From: Trichoplax adhaerens | Lineage: Eukaryota > Animalia > Placozoa | NCBI RefSeq assembly: GCF_000150275.1 | Contig: NW_002060946.1 | Coordinates: 1,574,202 to 1,638,201 of the forward strand | DNA length: 64,000 nt | Reading direction: 5' to 3' | Shown here: positions 11,112 to 24,849 of the stretch, in pieces | Layout of the letters: the number at the start of each line of letters is the position of its first letter | How positions within the stretch are numbered: position 1 is the stretch's first letter | Notes under the pieces: generated by a model | Databases searched by the model: none | Told to the model about the DNA's origin: nothing | The model's input: only the letters and a program-made list of their open reading frames with translations | Position numbers and translations under genes: made by a program

Positions 11112-13260
11112 CTAAGCTATCACAAAGGAGTCTAATAACTGGTTATAACTTCTTCGATGATGACGACTACGATAATGAAAAGCCGTTCTTACCATTTGAG
11201 TAATCGGCTGAAATTCATTATCTCTTCTACAGTACGATCGATAACCTCTTCGATACTGAACTAAAGCTGACAATAATATTTCTTTGCCTGTTTCTTCTTC
11301 GGTTTCAGTTATTTTAAGATATCTCAAGGAAAAGCTTGTGACGATAAAAGCTATTGATGTATTAGCAATTGCCGCATTCAATGATGCAAATGACCAATCG
11401 CTGGAATCTATCTAGTACGACTCTTAATAGAAATATCGCAAAAACACCAGTAGTGATGCTAATATTAAAGAAAATTTTCCAAAGATTCAACGATATTTTG
11501 GGTGTATGGTATCGTAGATAATCGAATAATTCTGATGGAATGCCGACACATTCGATACTTTCGATATTAGCAATCTCGTAGTAGACTTGACTTAACTTTG
11601 CATGAAAATCTTCTACTTTATTAATCTGTAAATATTGGCTGATACATGTTAATAATTAATTTAATGCATCGCTGTCTACTTTTTATAGGTAATTGTCATA
11701 ATCTTTATGTAATGTGACTTTCACAGTATCATTATCCAGTGTAACATATCGAAATATGACTTTCGATATTCCGTTTATAAATTCATAATTATTTTGCAAC
11801 AAAAGTTGTCGAAAGTAATGTTGAATATGTTGTTTTAATTGATAATCTTGTAACATTTCGGGTAAATCTATTATTATTATAGGATTATGAATATTATCGG
11901 AAACGACGAAATTGACTTCTAATGTTTCTTGCTTAGCGGCTTATATTTGGTCAATTTGTGATTATACATTTTTTCGTGATTGGACAATACGTTCAGGAAG
12001 CTTTTCTTCCTTTCTTATATAAGAATCGATCGTATTTGTAACCTAGTGTATGTAGGGCAAAAAACAACAATTACAAAACTAAAATGAACAGAATAGGCGA
12101 AAAGAAATGTTGCTACATTAATTATGATACGGAATATCAATTGAAATGTTGACCAAAGCTGGATTATGGTAATTATAGAATAAAATAATGCGATGCAGAA
12201 TAAAATGGGTATCAAAATATAATTAATATATTTAAATTTAGGATTTATAAATAAGAATTGACGATTTAGTGTGATTGTTAGAAGTTTACATAGAAATAAT
12301 AGAATTCGTAGAAGTTCCAGAGCCCCGAAAATAAAAAAGGCAAAGAAATTATTAACGTAAGTAGGCTCTTAATAGATTTTAAGAAGTTTCAAGATTTTAA
12401 ATGATTCGTAAGATCTCTTACATAATTTATAAACCGTGGATTTAGTTGCCCGAAGTTCATTTTAGTTAAGATTTTGTAATTTAATGTCGACAGAGAATGA
12501 TACCGATGTTGATATTGCAACGAGTTAGTTCGCCAGGATTGTCTTACACGAGCTAGCATTATTATTAATGTTAAAATAAGATGACTAACCAAAATACGAT
12601 AAAAGTCATACTTAATTTTTGATGGCAATCTTCGAATAGATGTGATAATTGACAAATAGGGTAATAGTTATAGTGTGATGGAAATGAATAATTCCAAAGA
12701 TCCAATAAAAATCAAGATACACATAAATTTCGTTTAACACCATTCAGCTAGAGATTACCATGCTCACTTTCTCCAAGACAGAAATATTCAATTGTTTGTA
12801 ATCTCAGCTTACTCATAACAGAAATGCTGACTGTATCAATTTCCGTTACCCTACAAGAGAAATATAAAAGATATTGCGGGTAAAAAGGAATACCATTGGC
12901 TAATCAACACCGAATAGATGCAGCAATATCATGTAAGCATGCAATAGACTATATTGCTGCGATATAAACTAAATAACTGATAAAGCAAGAAGTATTTTAT
13001 AATTTCACAAGCCTTAACGCTAATTTACCATTTCAATATCACGCATGTTCTAATGAGTTCTGCAACGTTACCTCGCTGACTTTTCTAAACAGATATTGAT
13101 GACTTTTACCAGTGTTACTGCAGCCAATGCAGTACTTAAAATAAGGGTAAATATCCTCAGGTATAGTATGCACTATCCGCTATTTGCAGGGTTTAAACAC
13201 GAACTAACATTGATCTTAGAATTGGATTCTTCCTTTTCACAACATGAAATGTTCCCGCGA
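11112..13260 (-). pseudogene. Disabled copy of the orphan membrane-protein family (exon 2 at 12850-11112; 3' remnant of exon 1 at ~13260-13081)
   Basis: Acceptor TTGTAG|GGTAACGGAAATTGAT (VTEIDTVSIS) at 12850, followed by stops and frameshifts; retains IDLPEMLQD, GIPSELFDYLRY and YRRGYR. The exon-1 remnant reads SCCEKEE...CLNP..*...LRIFTLILSTALAAVTLVKVINICLEK with a degenerate donor AA|GTCAGC. Confidence 0.85.
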
Positions 13261-14667
13261 GAGATATAAAACCCAATTTTATCCATACGTTGTACAAAGC
13301 TGCGCTTATTTCTTCTGAAGAGGGTTGGACAGGCTGGTCTATAGCAGCTGTTATTGTTGTATATTAGCAGTGTTCATTAATACGATTCAGAGGATTGATA
13401 TCACTGCTTGATATCTTTTAGATACAGAACATTAGTCCTGCACCCTTTATAAAAACTTTGTGTTCGTGACTATTTCTTTCAAGTAAGCTTATTAACAGGA
13501 TAAAGTATACGCCTTCTATACTGTTAAGGTGTCCAATTCGAACTTATTCATATCATTCCAATTATCTATGTGAAACAGGCATGGTTGCTATAAATATTGG
13601 AACTTCACCAGCTTAGTACCGTGTCCAATTTGTGTTTGTAGTTATTTCTACCAAACGAACTTGTTGTACGCCTATATGGTATACGCCTATATTGATAGGG
13701 AGTTCATTTGTGTTTATCTTAAGATACCCATTAACTATTTGAAACATACGAATAGATGATTTCTTAGGCTTAATCACTTCATTTATTGGCAGAAAATTGA
13801 GCTAACCTAAATCAACAATATGCAACTAAAAATACATGTAAAAAATAAACAGAAATTTGCCCAACTATTTAAAGAGACTTCAAGTACTCAATATCTCATA
13901 TGTTTCAACAATTTTGAACGAATTCTGACATTTTTATTGTATGTAAAGAAGGCTTACAAATGACAGAAATACTGATTTCAATTAGTTTCTCCGCCATACC
14001 ATTACTTAATTTACTTCAATGCTAGTATAGATGTGGAATAAATAAGTTTATAGCCCCTAAGATTCAAAATTCGATAAATTTTAAGCTATTAAAATTAGGG
14101 CTAATCCTTAATGTGATATCCAAGTTATCTAAAATTAAACTTTAAAGGTTGATCATCTCGGAAGATAAGCAGAAAATCTTAGTACTTAGGTGGAATAATA
14201 GCCGCTAGTCGTGTAGTTTAAACTATTGAAACCACTGTAGTGCTTGGGTTTTACAATCCCTTAGGTTCGTAATCGTCTAGCTCAAAATCTGAGTTATTAA
14301 AATTGAGCAAATCTCTAACATGATAAAAGATTACTTCTAAATGCTACCGTACTTCAGTTACTACTGTAATTAGCTGAACTACTACAACCATTAAGTTATC
14401 CATAATGAACATTTAGGGTTGACCATCTCGGAAGATAAGCAAAAAATCATAGTACTAAGATGGAATGATCGCACCTAATCCAGTAATTTAGTGCTGATTT
14501 ACGATTTTTTGAACGATGCATTGAATAGTTGAAAAACAATCTACAATATTCCATCGCATTAATGATTGGCTAGACACATTTGTTTAATACATGTACAGGA
14601 TATCTTCTAACCAATTAGTATAGACATACCAAATTAAAATCTATAAGTTCGGAATACTGATGAATGT

Positions 14668-17600
14668 TTAACTGACGCTCTTATATCCCAATAAATCAGA
14701 ATTTCGTCGAGGATTAGGATTAGTATAGAATATCTGCATTATTTGTGAAAGAGGCTGAAATTCAATACCTCTTCTACAAAATAATCGATAGCCTCTTCTG
14801 TATAATATTAAATTAGCTAATAACATTTCTTTTGTTATTTCTTCATCAGACTCGGCTACTTTAAGATATTTCAAAGATAGAACTGTAGCGATATAGACGA
14901 TTGGCGTATTGGCAATAGTTGAGCTTAACGATGTAAATGACCAACATTTTGAGTCATATAATACTGCCAAAATAAATGCCAAAAATATGCATGTCGTAAC
15001 CATGATGTTAAAGAAAATTTGCCACAGACTCAACGATACTTCAGGTGCGTAATATCGTAAATAGCCAAATAATTCTGATGGAATTCCAATGCATTGACTA
15101 TCACCGATATTATGGATCTTGTAATAGACTTTACTTAACTTTGCTTGAAAGTATCCTGCTTTCTTACTTTGTAGATGTTGACTAATGCATGTTAATAACC
15201 CGGTTAGATTGGCGTTATCCGTGAAAAATAGACAGTGATTGTAGTCTTCAGGCAATGTTACATCGACATCAGTATCATTATCATTTATACTGTATTGAAA
15301 TACAATTCTACATATTCCATCAGATAATCCATAACCAGTTTGTAACAAAATCTGTTGTAAATATTGTCGTACATGTTGTTCTATTCTATCGTCTTGTAAC
15401 ATTTCCGGTAAATCGATTGTTATTATATGATTATCAATACTACCAGAGATGAAGAAATAGACTTCTAACTTTCCTTGTTTAGCAGTTAAGATATCATCAA
15501 TTCGTGATTCTACCTTTTGCTGTAAATGGATGATATACCTAGGAAGCATATTTCCCTTCTTTTTATAAGAGTCAATCAGTTTCATAATATAATGTACATA
15601 AGGTATCACGACGACAATAGTAATGCTAAAATAAACAGAATGGGCGACGATAAAAGTTGTTACATTAATAATGGTACGGAAAATGACTTGGAAAAAAAGC
15701 CAAAATTCGGCTATCGTAAAAACAGAATATGTTAGAGCTACGAGAGATAAGATAGCAGACATAATAGAATTAAGATGACGATGTTTAGAATGTGTAAAGA
15801 GAAAGTTACGTTTCAATTTAATTGCAAGCACTTCAGAGATAAATAATGTTATTCGTAAAAGTTCGATAGCACCGAAAATAAAGAAAGGTAAACAAATTAT
15901 AAATGTCAAGAAGCTTTTGATAAATTTTATCACATGGAAAGATCTCAAATCATTTATTATGTCTTTAATACGAATTGTAAGTTGAAAGTGCAACTGGCTA
16001 TAATTACTTCGCATTAAGATTTTATAATTGAGTGTAGTTAGAGAAGCTCGTTTTAGTTGATACGCTAACGAATTGGTTAACCAAAATTCTTTTAGGTGAG
16101 CCGCAATTATGATTATTGTAAACAATCCATGTAAGATACCAACACCAAAATACCTGAACACTATTGGCTTGGGCACTGATAGATGACCGATGAAGGGAAA
16201 AACCATGAAAATAGGTGGATAGATCTGTGCTACAACAGATGCATATCCTCCAAAAGCAGCAAGAAAGAACAAAACGATATGCATCAGGACATGTTCTATT
16301 TGTACCCAACGATTGCTAATTGTACTTTCTCGAAGATAAAAGTATCCGGCTGTCTGCAACTTTAACCGGTTTATAATAGAAACGCTTACTGAATCAATTT
16401 CCGCTTTTCTATAGTGCAAAGACATAAATTTGCTATTAAGAGCAGAGATTTCGCACTTTAAAATCACACCATCAGTTACCATCAAGTTAATACTTTTACG
16501 AATTTTCTGTTATGTGCAGCACTAAAAACTAAGTATTACCTGAAACTGTAAATTATACTTTTAGACTGTATATCTAGACCGAAATTTGATCTAAATAGAT
16601 GCAGATATCGCCTTTGGATCTTTAATAGCTAAATGCTAGTTAAAGAACACTTTTCCAAAAATTCTAAATACCATCAAAGAACCACTAAAACTAACTTAAA
16701 TACCATAGCTTTAGCCATAATATACAATTGTTATAGGATATTCTCGATCAGTTCTTAACTAGCAAATTGCTTGTAAAGTGAGTATCATTAGTTTATGATC
16801 ACCGCTTTAACGCTTTAAAATGCAATATTGTAGTTATCTTGAATATCAAATGTTTAGTTAAGCTATAGGTTCCTTCTTGTGACTTTACGGTATATAACTT
16901 CATATGGATTGTGGTAAGGTAATTTTAATAAGGAAATTAGCAAGCAAGTAATTGAGGTGAAAGGAAAAATAGGGTCCAACTAGTGAAAAAGAAGTCATAT
17001 AAATAGTATAAGATGCAAATTCACATTGTATAAGAAGATAGAGTGAGACTCTATCATGTAGAAAGTAGGAGTTATATTGAAAGAATTATATAATTATAAA
17101 AAAAAAAGAACTGTAAAGGAAATATAATATCTATGCTAAATATTCTAAATTGATAGCGAGTAGGATAGAAATAAAATATAAGGTATTGACTAGAAGTTAT
17201 TCACAAATGTGTTTACGAAATTGCAGTAGACAAGGAAAGATCTTCAAATTTTTAGTAGTGGAATTGTGTAGAAGCGAGAAGGTTGTATGCTAGTAACTAT
17301 TAATTGAATTATCAAAAGAAAATGACAGGCTAAGAACCAATCTTAATATTGAATTTGCTTTAAAAGCTATACATGGAGATTACTGTACTCTATTCAAGAA
17401 TATTGTTTAGTCTGGTACTTTATTACACAGTGATAGACTTAAAAATTAAACGGTAAAGTTCTACAGAGTGATTTGACTCCATCAGAAATGAAATTGTGTT
17501 GCATCTTTTAACAGTTGTAGAAGTTTTAAACAAGAACTTGCTGTCAACTCTATTTGCTACGAGTTCTGTGTGATTATTGTACAGAAAAGAAGCATGTTTA

Positions 17601-18389
17601 TCACATACACTATAAAAATTATTGATGTTATAGTACTTACTTTTCTAAGGAATCGATATACATATTAACCACCCTAGTCAAAGCTATTCCTGCCAATGTA
17701 GTACTTAGGATGATAGTAAATATTCTCATTAGTGGCGCATACCAAAGTATTTTTTGAGGGGTTAGACATTTATCAAAATTGATATCATCACTAAGGTCTT
17801 CATTTTCGCAGCATGAGTAATCTACGCTACTAATAGAATTTCCTTGGATAGTAAAATTTCTTCTACATAGAGTACCATAAGGTATCTCCGAAAAATTCTG
17901 GTTCTTTTTCAAATTTAAATGAAATACTTTGCTCAGAACTTTAAATATAGTTAATCCTCGACATAAATCAGTGGTGATGTTACTGTAACAGTCAGTACTA
18001 GCTTCTGTGATATTAATTCGCAATTCCGATGAGAAGATCGCATAAATACTCAAGCTTGTAGTAATATAATCAGTAGGTAATGCGAAAATAGCTTCTCCAA
18101 CATCTTTTCTTAACCATGCATAAAAAATAGGGCTTTCATGGACTGAACTTCGAAGATGGTCATTGCCATTTCTTTTATAAAGATGAAAAAATACAACTCG
18201 AACCGATGGAGATTTAATAATCTTCCTGAAATCATGATATATTCGAGTTTCATTTAGTACGCTCAATTGACAATTGGAATGGCACTCAGTCTCCACCCTT
18301 TCCAATACTACAAGGTGGAAGGATATAAACAGCCAGAAGATCGATACGCAAGTGAACATGGACAAATTATGCATAGACAGAGCCATCAT
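14668..18389 (-). CDS. Orphan membrane-protein family copy B, 2 coding exons (18389-17641, 16408-14668), ~829 aa
   Basis: Donor AA|GTAAGT at 17641 and acceptor CTATAG|A at 16408 are both phase 2 and join in frame (SLEK-KAEIDSV). The CDS totals 2490 nt. Confidence 0.88.
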
Positions 18390-21290
18390 TTCAAGGAACA
18401 CTGTAACTTGAGAAAATACCTAGTTGATTATCAGTAATCAAAGTGAGTTACTTCAATATTGATAGAATTTATTCTTAAACTTTTTTTCACTGCGCTAACT
18501 CGACAGTATTTATGCCTTCTGCTTCACCATAAATTTAAATTTATACCAATCCTGCTGGATAAGAATGTTGATCACAGGCATTCAAATCTATAGAGTTAAT
18601 TTATAGCCTTAGTAATTAAATGATTGTGCTCCAAACAAAAAATATAAACAAACATTGAATATAATAGAAACGGATATCCCGAACGAAAAATTCGCTTGAT
18701 ATATCCTACAGCTTATCTATTCAAATTCTTCATGGTTTTCTATATTTTATTTATTAAAAGCTTTATCTTCTATTAATCCACTAGCAAACCCAAATTATTC
18801 ATATTTTTTTCTTTCTTTAAATTCAAAGGCTTGAGCGTACTTAAAAAATATTGCTATTCATATCGTAGATAATAGGGTAGGATATGATTCAACATAACTT
18901 AATCTTTCTAGTAAAAGATGAAAGAGCACCGTCCATGTTTTTATTCTTGAGCTCCACCATCTTTTGGCAAGAATTACTCGAGCTAGTTTTACAAATTTAC
19001 AATAATAATCAATCAATGTTTGCGCTTTGCTATAATTTAAGTTGGAATAAAATATCCGTTAGTGGCATTTTAAGATATCCGAGATCCTTTTCTATCATAG
19101 ATTGGAAAATACACTCTGATAAAGAAGAAAGATAAAGTAATTATCCAATAATCAACAGGCTTCTTTTGCTTAATTACTACTGTAAGTATATGAAATATAT
19201 TAGAACTGAACCATACTATTTTAAGAATTTAATGACTGATTTATTCTCATTATCTGAGGAAAATTTCAGCGTATTTTGGTCCATTCACATTTACCGTAAA
19301 TTGCATAATGCATTCAATCATATGATTGTTATTAAGTTCCTCTTTCATATTATGATTACTAATAACAATGACGTCAAAGTCATTTAGACTTTTTATTTTG
19401 TTCAGCAATTAGGCATTTTGTAGAAGCTATATTTCACATCATGACAATTTCATAAACGGATGTAATTATCTTTGAAGTGTTAATGAAATAACTGAATGAT
19501 TTTTCGATTATTTTTTTGATTACATAATTTATAAAAAGCGATATTATTTTTGACTAAATTAGGTTACCATAGCTATTTAGCAATCGTGCATAATGAAGTA
19601 CAAAAAATTAGCATTAAAATGATATAATTCTCTATGTCATTTTATAATTATTGACAAGGGCTGCCGTTCTCATTTTAGCTATTTTATTAAACCAAATTTT
19701 GTTGATTTCGTAAATAATACATCGACAACAAACTAGTAGTCAGGTAGTGCTTACTTTGACTAAGAAGAACTTATTTTTGGGGGCCTTTTAAGTCAGCCTT
19801 TGACAAATTGTCAAATTCCTATTTTCTCTTATCAATGAAATACGACATTTATTATAGCTGTTAATGGTAGCAACATGGCAGTTGTAAACACCACGCATTC
19901 GCTAAGAATTAAATGTATTTTCCGTTCATTGCCCTATTAAATTACTTTTAAACTGCTCCTTAATATACCGTATGCAGTGTCATTTAAGCATAGCATTTAC
20001 AGACTTAATACTTGTTAGTAGCGATGATACAGAAACAATATTCTTCATCAGAAATTTGATCAAGTTCTTGATATTGTATCTGTAGATGATGATCATGACT
20101 CAAACGATTTTGCTAACTTCGGGTATTAGTAACGGCAATATCTTTGCTGATCTACGCTATTAACTTATTTTTTTATCAATTCTCGATAATTTAATTCTAA
20201 TAATTGGTGCCTGTAACTATTTATATAATTTTGACTTATTATGTATTAATTAATATACTGTAAATTGAAATGTGACGCCATTTAGGAGTCCCTGTTACAA
20301 GATAAATTATCACTGTGAAACCATTCAATCTATTAAAATAGGTCGACAAATTAAAAGAAAATGATATCAGATTTGGTTTCCATACTATTCATGTGAATCA
20401 ATGCTATCGTTGATCCCTAATATCAAACGATGCTGAAAAGTGGACAATTTTGCCAAGGTAGATTGGCACACTAGGCATAAGACCTGATTTAGTACATGCT
20501 CAGAATCTGTATTGCAAAATTGTCGATTAACATAAAGGATCATATATTACATTATGACGCTTTATTCCACGATTTTTCCACCATTATTTGTACCAGACTA
20601 TTTCTATTTTATGTCTTATTAGTCCTATTACTAATAGCAATCATAAGATAAAAGACTTTAAGTAGCAGGATATCACAATTACTGGTACAGTTTAACAATA
20701 AGTATGTAAATATATGTATCTAAGTAAAACTTTCTGCAGTTATGTAGGCAAATTCTTACCAAATGAAGGATCTGATTTGTTTGCCTATACTTGATGTAAG
20801 TACTTAGTTAGCTTAGCAATGCAATAATGAAATTAAGATTTTTTATTAATTCATCTTTGAAAGATAATTTAGTCACAACTAATTATGAATTAGGATAACG
20901 AAATACGGTACTAAAATCCGATTTAGTTTCATTCAGTATTTTTAATATTTAAGACAAGTAAAAACAAATTAGTACGCGTCTATCTTTTGATATTCTCTGA
21001 AAAGTTAGTTAATAGATTCAAAATGATCAAATTTCTTGTCACTAGTAGCTAAAGCTTATCCTTAAGATAGAGCTTTGATAGTGAGATAGTGTTTTTTCCG
21101 ACTGATCTAAATCAACATTAGCAAGAAATATGATAACCGAATTCGGAATCTGGAAACTACTGTAGCAAAAATTGAAACTTTATTAATTCGTAGCATTATG
21201 TCTATTATTATTGTGTATTTAGAATTAAGCAAGTACGGTAAGTCAACGCTTCAATAGCTACGAGAAAACTAATATGCATAATTGGCTAAG

Positions 21291-21470
21291 TTATATTGAA
21301 TATTTGTAAGATGTTTTGAAGATTCTCTTTAATTGTATAAAAGGATGGAATTCAATTCCTCGGGAACAGAAAAATCGATAACCTCGGCTATATGGAACTA
21401 TGTTAGTCAGTACGACCTTATGAGCTTTTTTTGGCTGAGCTTCAGATATAGTTCAATATTTTAAGGCTGT
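21291..21470 (-). pseudogene. Short relic of the C-terminus of the orphan family
   Basis: Translates to LKY*TISEAQPKKAHKVVLTNIVPYSRGYRFFCSRGIEFHPFIQLKRIF, closest to the end of copy C (YRRGYRFFCTRGIEFHPFLQLKSMF). Confidence 0.8.
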
Positions 21471-21879
21471 CTTCGTCGCTAAAAAAAACGATAGGCATAT
21501 AAGCTATGGCTTCATGAATTGAAGTAATCATGGCTAGGTTATTTCATTATATTTTTTATATTCATTATATACTCATTTATTTATTATATTTATTAACATT
21601 ATATTATATATTTTGTTATACTTTATTTGTTTTCTCACTTCACAATAGCTTACAGCCTTACACGCTGCTCTACCGTAACTACGACATTGTACGCAATTAT
21701 AGTCTTCAATAATAGTATCCTTTTCTACTAAAATCCTAGTGCATTTCTCTACATGGCAGTTAAATCTGCTGCCATTGACTTATCGAATCCTTTATCACAC
21801 TTAAAATTGTAAAAGAATATGCCAGAGAATGCCGATGCATCACAATTATTTTCACGTACCATAACAGCTTAGGTTCAAG

Positions 21880-24849
21880 CTAGAAATTGGCTACATTTAT
21901 CTTTGCTTGCGCCTGATTAGCTTCAATATCTACGCCTGCACTGCTGGGATATGTTGTAAACATACTCTTTAGTTGTAAAAACGGATGAAATTCGATTCCT
22001 CGGGTACAAAAAAATCGATAACCTCGACGATATCGAACGATATTATTCACTAGGATTTTATCAATCATTTCTTGCTTGATTTCAGCTATAGTTAAATATT
22101 TCCGGGCAATGGTCGTTGTCACATAGATAATGGGTGCATTAGCAACTGCAGAGCTGATTGAGAATACCGTTGGTGAATCTGAATCAACTACAACGGTTAA
22201 TATAAATGTGATAAATAAACCAGTTGTGATAGTAATATTGAAAAATACTCGAGGTAAACTAAGAGATATTTCAGGTGCATAGTACCGCAGATAAGAGAAC
22301 AATTTTGCCGGGATTCCGGTACAGACAAGATCATCAATATCATCCATTTGGTAATAAATTTTAGTTAAATTATTACGAAATTCTTGTTCAGTTAAACCTT
22401 TCAAGTGAATACCGACGTCTTGAGCCAGTTTTTGTAATTTGTTGCTCTTACGATGGCAAGAGAGATAATTATTATTGCACTGGGGCAAAGTTATCAGCAT
22501 TGTCGTACTTGACGTTTTTTCGTACTGAAATATAACTTTAGATATTCCGTGTGCTAAGACGATTGTGCCATCTCTTATTAGTTCCTCTAACGTATCCTGA
22601 ATTTTTTTCTGAATACAATCATCTTTCAACATTTCCGGCACATCAATAATGACATTATCAGTGATAGCATTATCATCCAATTTAAAATAGACTTCTAATT
22701 TGCCTTCGGTTTGTTCAAGTAGCTCGTCAATTTCTTTCTCAACTCTGTCATGTACTTGGATAATTCGTTGTGGTAGCATATGACCTTTGCTATCATACGC
22801 CTCCATAGCCTTAATAACGTAGTGAAAGTAAGGAACGACAATAACTGTTATTACGCTAAAGTAAATGGAATGGGCAATAACAAATTCTGCCACGGTAATA
22901 ACAATGCGAATAATGAGTTGAGTTAATAACCACATTCCCAAAATTGTCAGTGACGAATACAGCAATGAAATAATGAAGAAAAAAGACGATAATAATCGAT
23001 ATCCGATTGTCTTTGAAGCAGTTGACAGAAAGCTACATCTTAAATGTAATGTTAACGTATCTGTAATAAATAATATAATGCGTATAATTTCGATTCTAGC
23101 CATAATAGCAAATGGCAATATTATTAGAAATGACAATATCGCCTGCATCATAGCGGTATAACGATGTAACTTTCGGTACCGTATTATATCTTTGATGCAA
23201 TTTTTAAATTGAAAATGTAACTGGCGATGGCTGTTTTCAGTAAAGAACTTGAACGATAAAATTGTAACTTCATCCTGCTGCTGCGATAGATATGGATAAT
23301 ACTGGCCAAAAAATTGCTGGATGTGCGGGAAGAGAACAAAAAATGTACAAGTGGCATAAATACCAAGGGCGATGTAACTAGCCAAGGAAGCACGATCGGG
23401 TATCTTCCTATTGCGAATGCCAGGATAAATTAAAATAGAATGTGGATAAGCTTGTACTAGAATAGATAAAGTAGATCCACCGGATGCAATTGCTGATACA
23501 GCAATGAACTGACAGCAAAACCAAAGTTGTACCCAAAGACTATTTTTTACCAATTTCCGTAAATAAAAATACCCAATAGGATGAAATCTTAGTGATGTTA
23601 GGATACGAATTTTCTGACCGTCAACTTCAGTTGTTCTGCAGCAAAATAAAATGAAAAAGAGAGTCAATAAGAGCAACTGGAACTTTATTATAAAAATTTA
23701 CAATTAGATTACTTTGCTGAACATTATCATGAGAGAACTTGCCGGATTATCAAACTGATTGACAAATACAGCAGTTTAAATTAATTAGTTACAGTTGTAA
23801 AAACCTTTCGATATTCGTATTATATCTTCAACAGTACTGAGCAAATATACTGTTAGAAGGTTGAAATGACATGGTCATCAATGGAGTAAGATACGAATAA
23901 ATTAAAAAGTCAAAGTATACTCATGTATGAAAATGAAATTTACTATAGTTGTAATCTGTCAAGATAGTGACGATAGAGTAGACTAAGATTTAATTAATTT
24001 CGAAAGAGCGATTGAAACTATAGCTTGTATTATGAAATTAAATGATAATTTATTCACCTTCGTATTTACTGTAATTAAATCTTTTTTAATTTATATCCAT
24101 TTATTTTATCTATCAGATTAGACTTACTTTCCTAAAGCGTTCATGACTCTATTGATAATCTTAACCAGTAATGCTCCGCTAATCGGAATACTGATGATAG
24201 CTGTAATTATATTCATAGCTTTGACATACGGTTTGACTGATCTAGGCTCTAAGCATTTCTTAGTATCTACTTCCAATTCTATAGTATCGTCATCACAACA
24301 GGAATAATAGGTAGAACTAGAGTTGTCATCGATTTCCGAATTAAAATCCCTCCTACACACAGTACCGCAATTTTTAGCAGTGCAATTGTGCATCGTTAGC
24401 AATCGAACAAACTTTGCTAAGGTAAAGAAAATAATGTGCCGTTTACATTCCAGAGATGATGCATCGTAGCAGCTTTGGTTAACTTCTTTGAGATAGATGG
24501 TTAAATTGGAGGTAAAAATTGACGTTAAACTCAAAGTGGTGCTCATGTAATCCGTAGGCAAGGCGAAAATTGCTTCGCCAACATCTTTTCTAATCCATGC
24601 ATAGAAGATATTCTGTGCCGAATTATAAAGACTATTATTTCCTTTTTGCAGGTGGAAATAAACCACACGGATTGATGAAACTCTGACAATTCTACTAAAA
24701 TTGAGGTAGGACTGTGCCTCGTTTTCAACTTGTAGCTGACATTCCTTCACACATTTCTTGGGGTCTTCGTCGATAGTGGAAACTTGATTAAAAGTTGAGA
24801 TAATCCAAAATAGTGTTATCCAATAGAATCTAAAAAGAAAGTATGCCAT
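21880..24849 (-). CDS. Orphan membrane-protein family copy C, 2 coding exons (24849-24128, 23635-21880), ~825 aa
   Basis: Donor AA|GTAAGT at 24128 and acceptor CTGCAG|A at 23635 are phase 2 and in frame (ALGK-TTEVDG). All family motifs are present. Confidence 0.88.
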
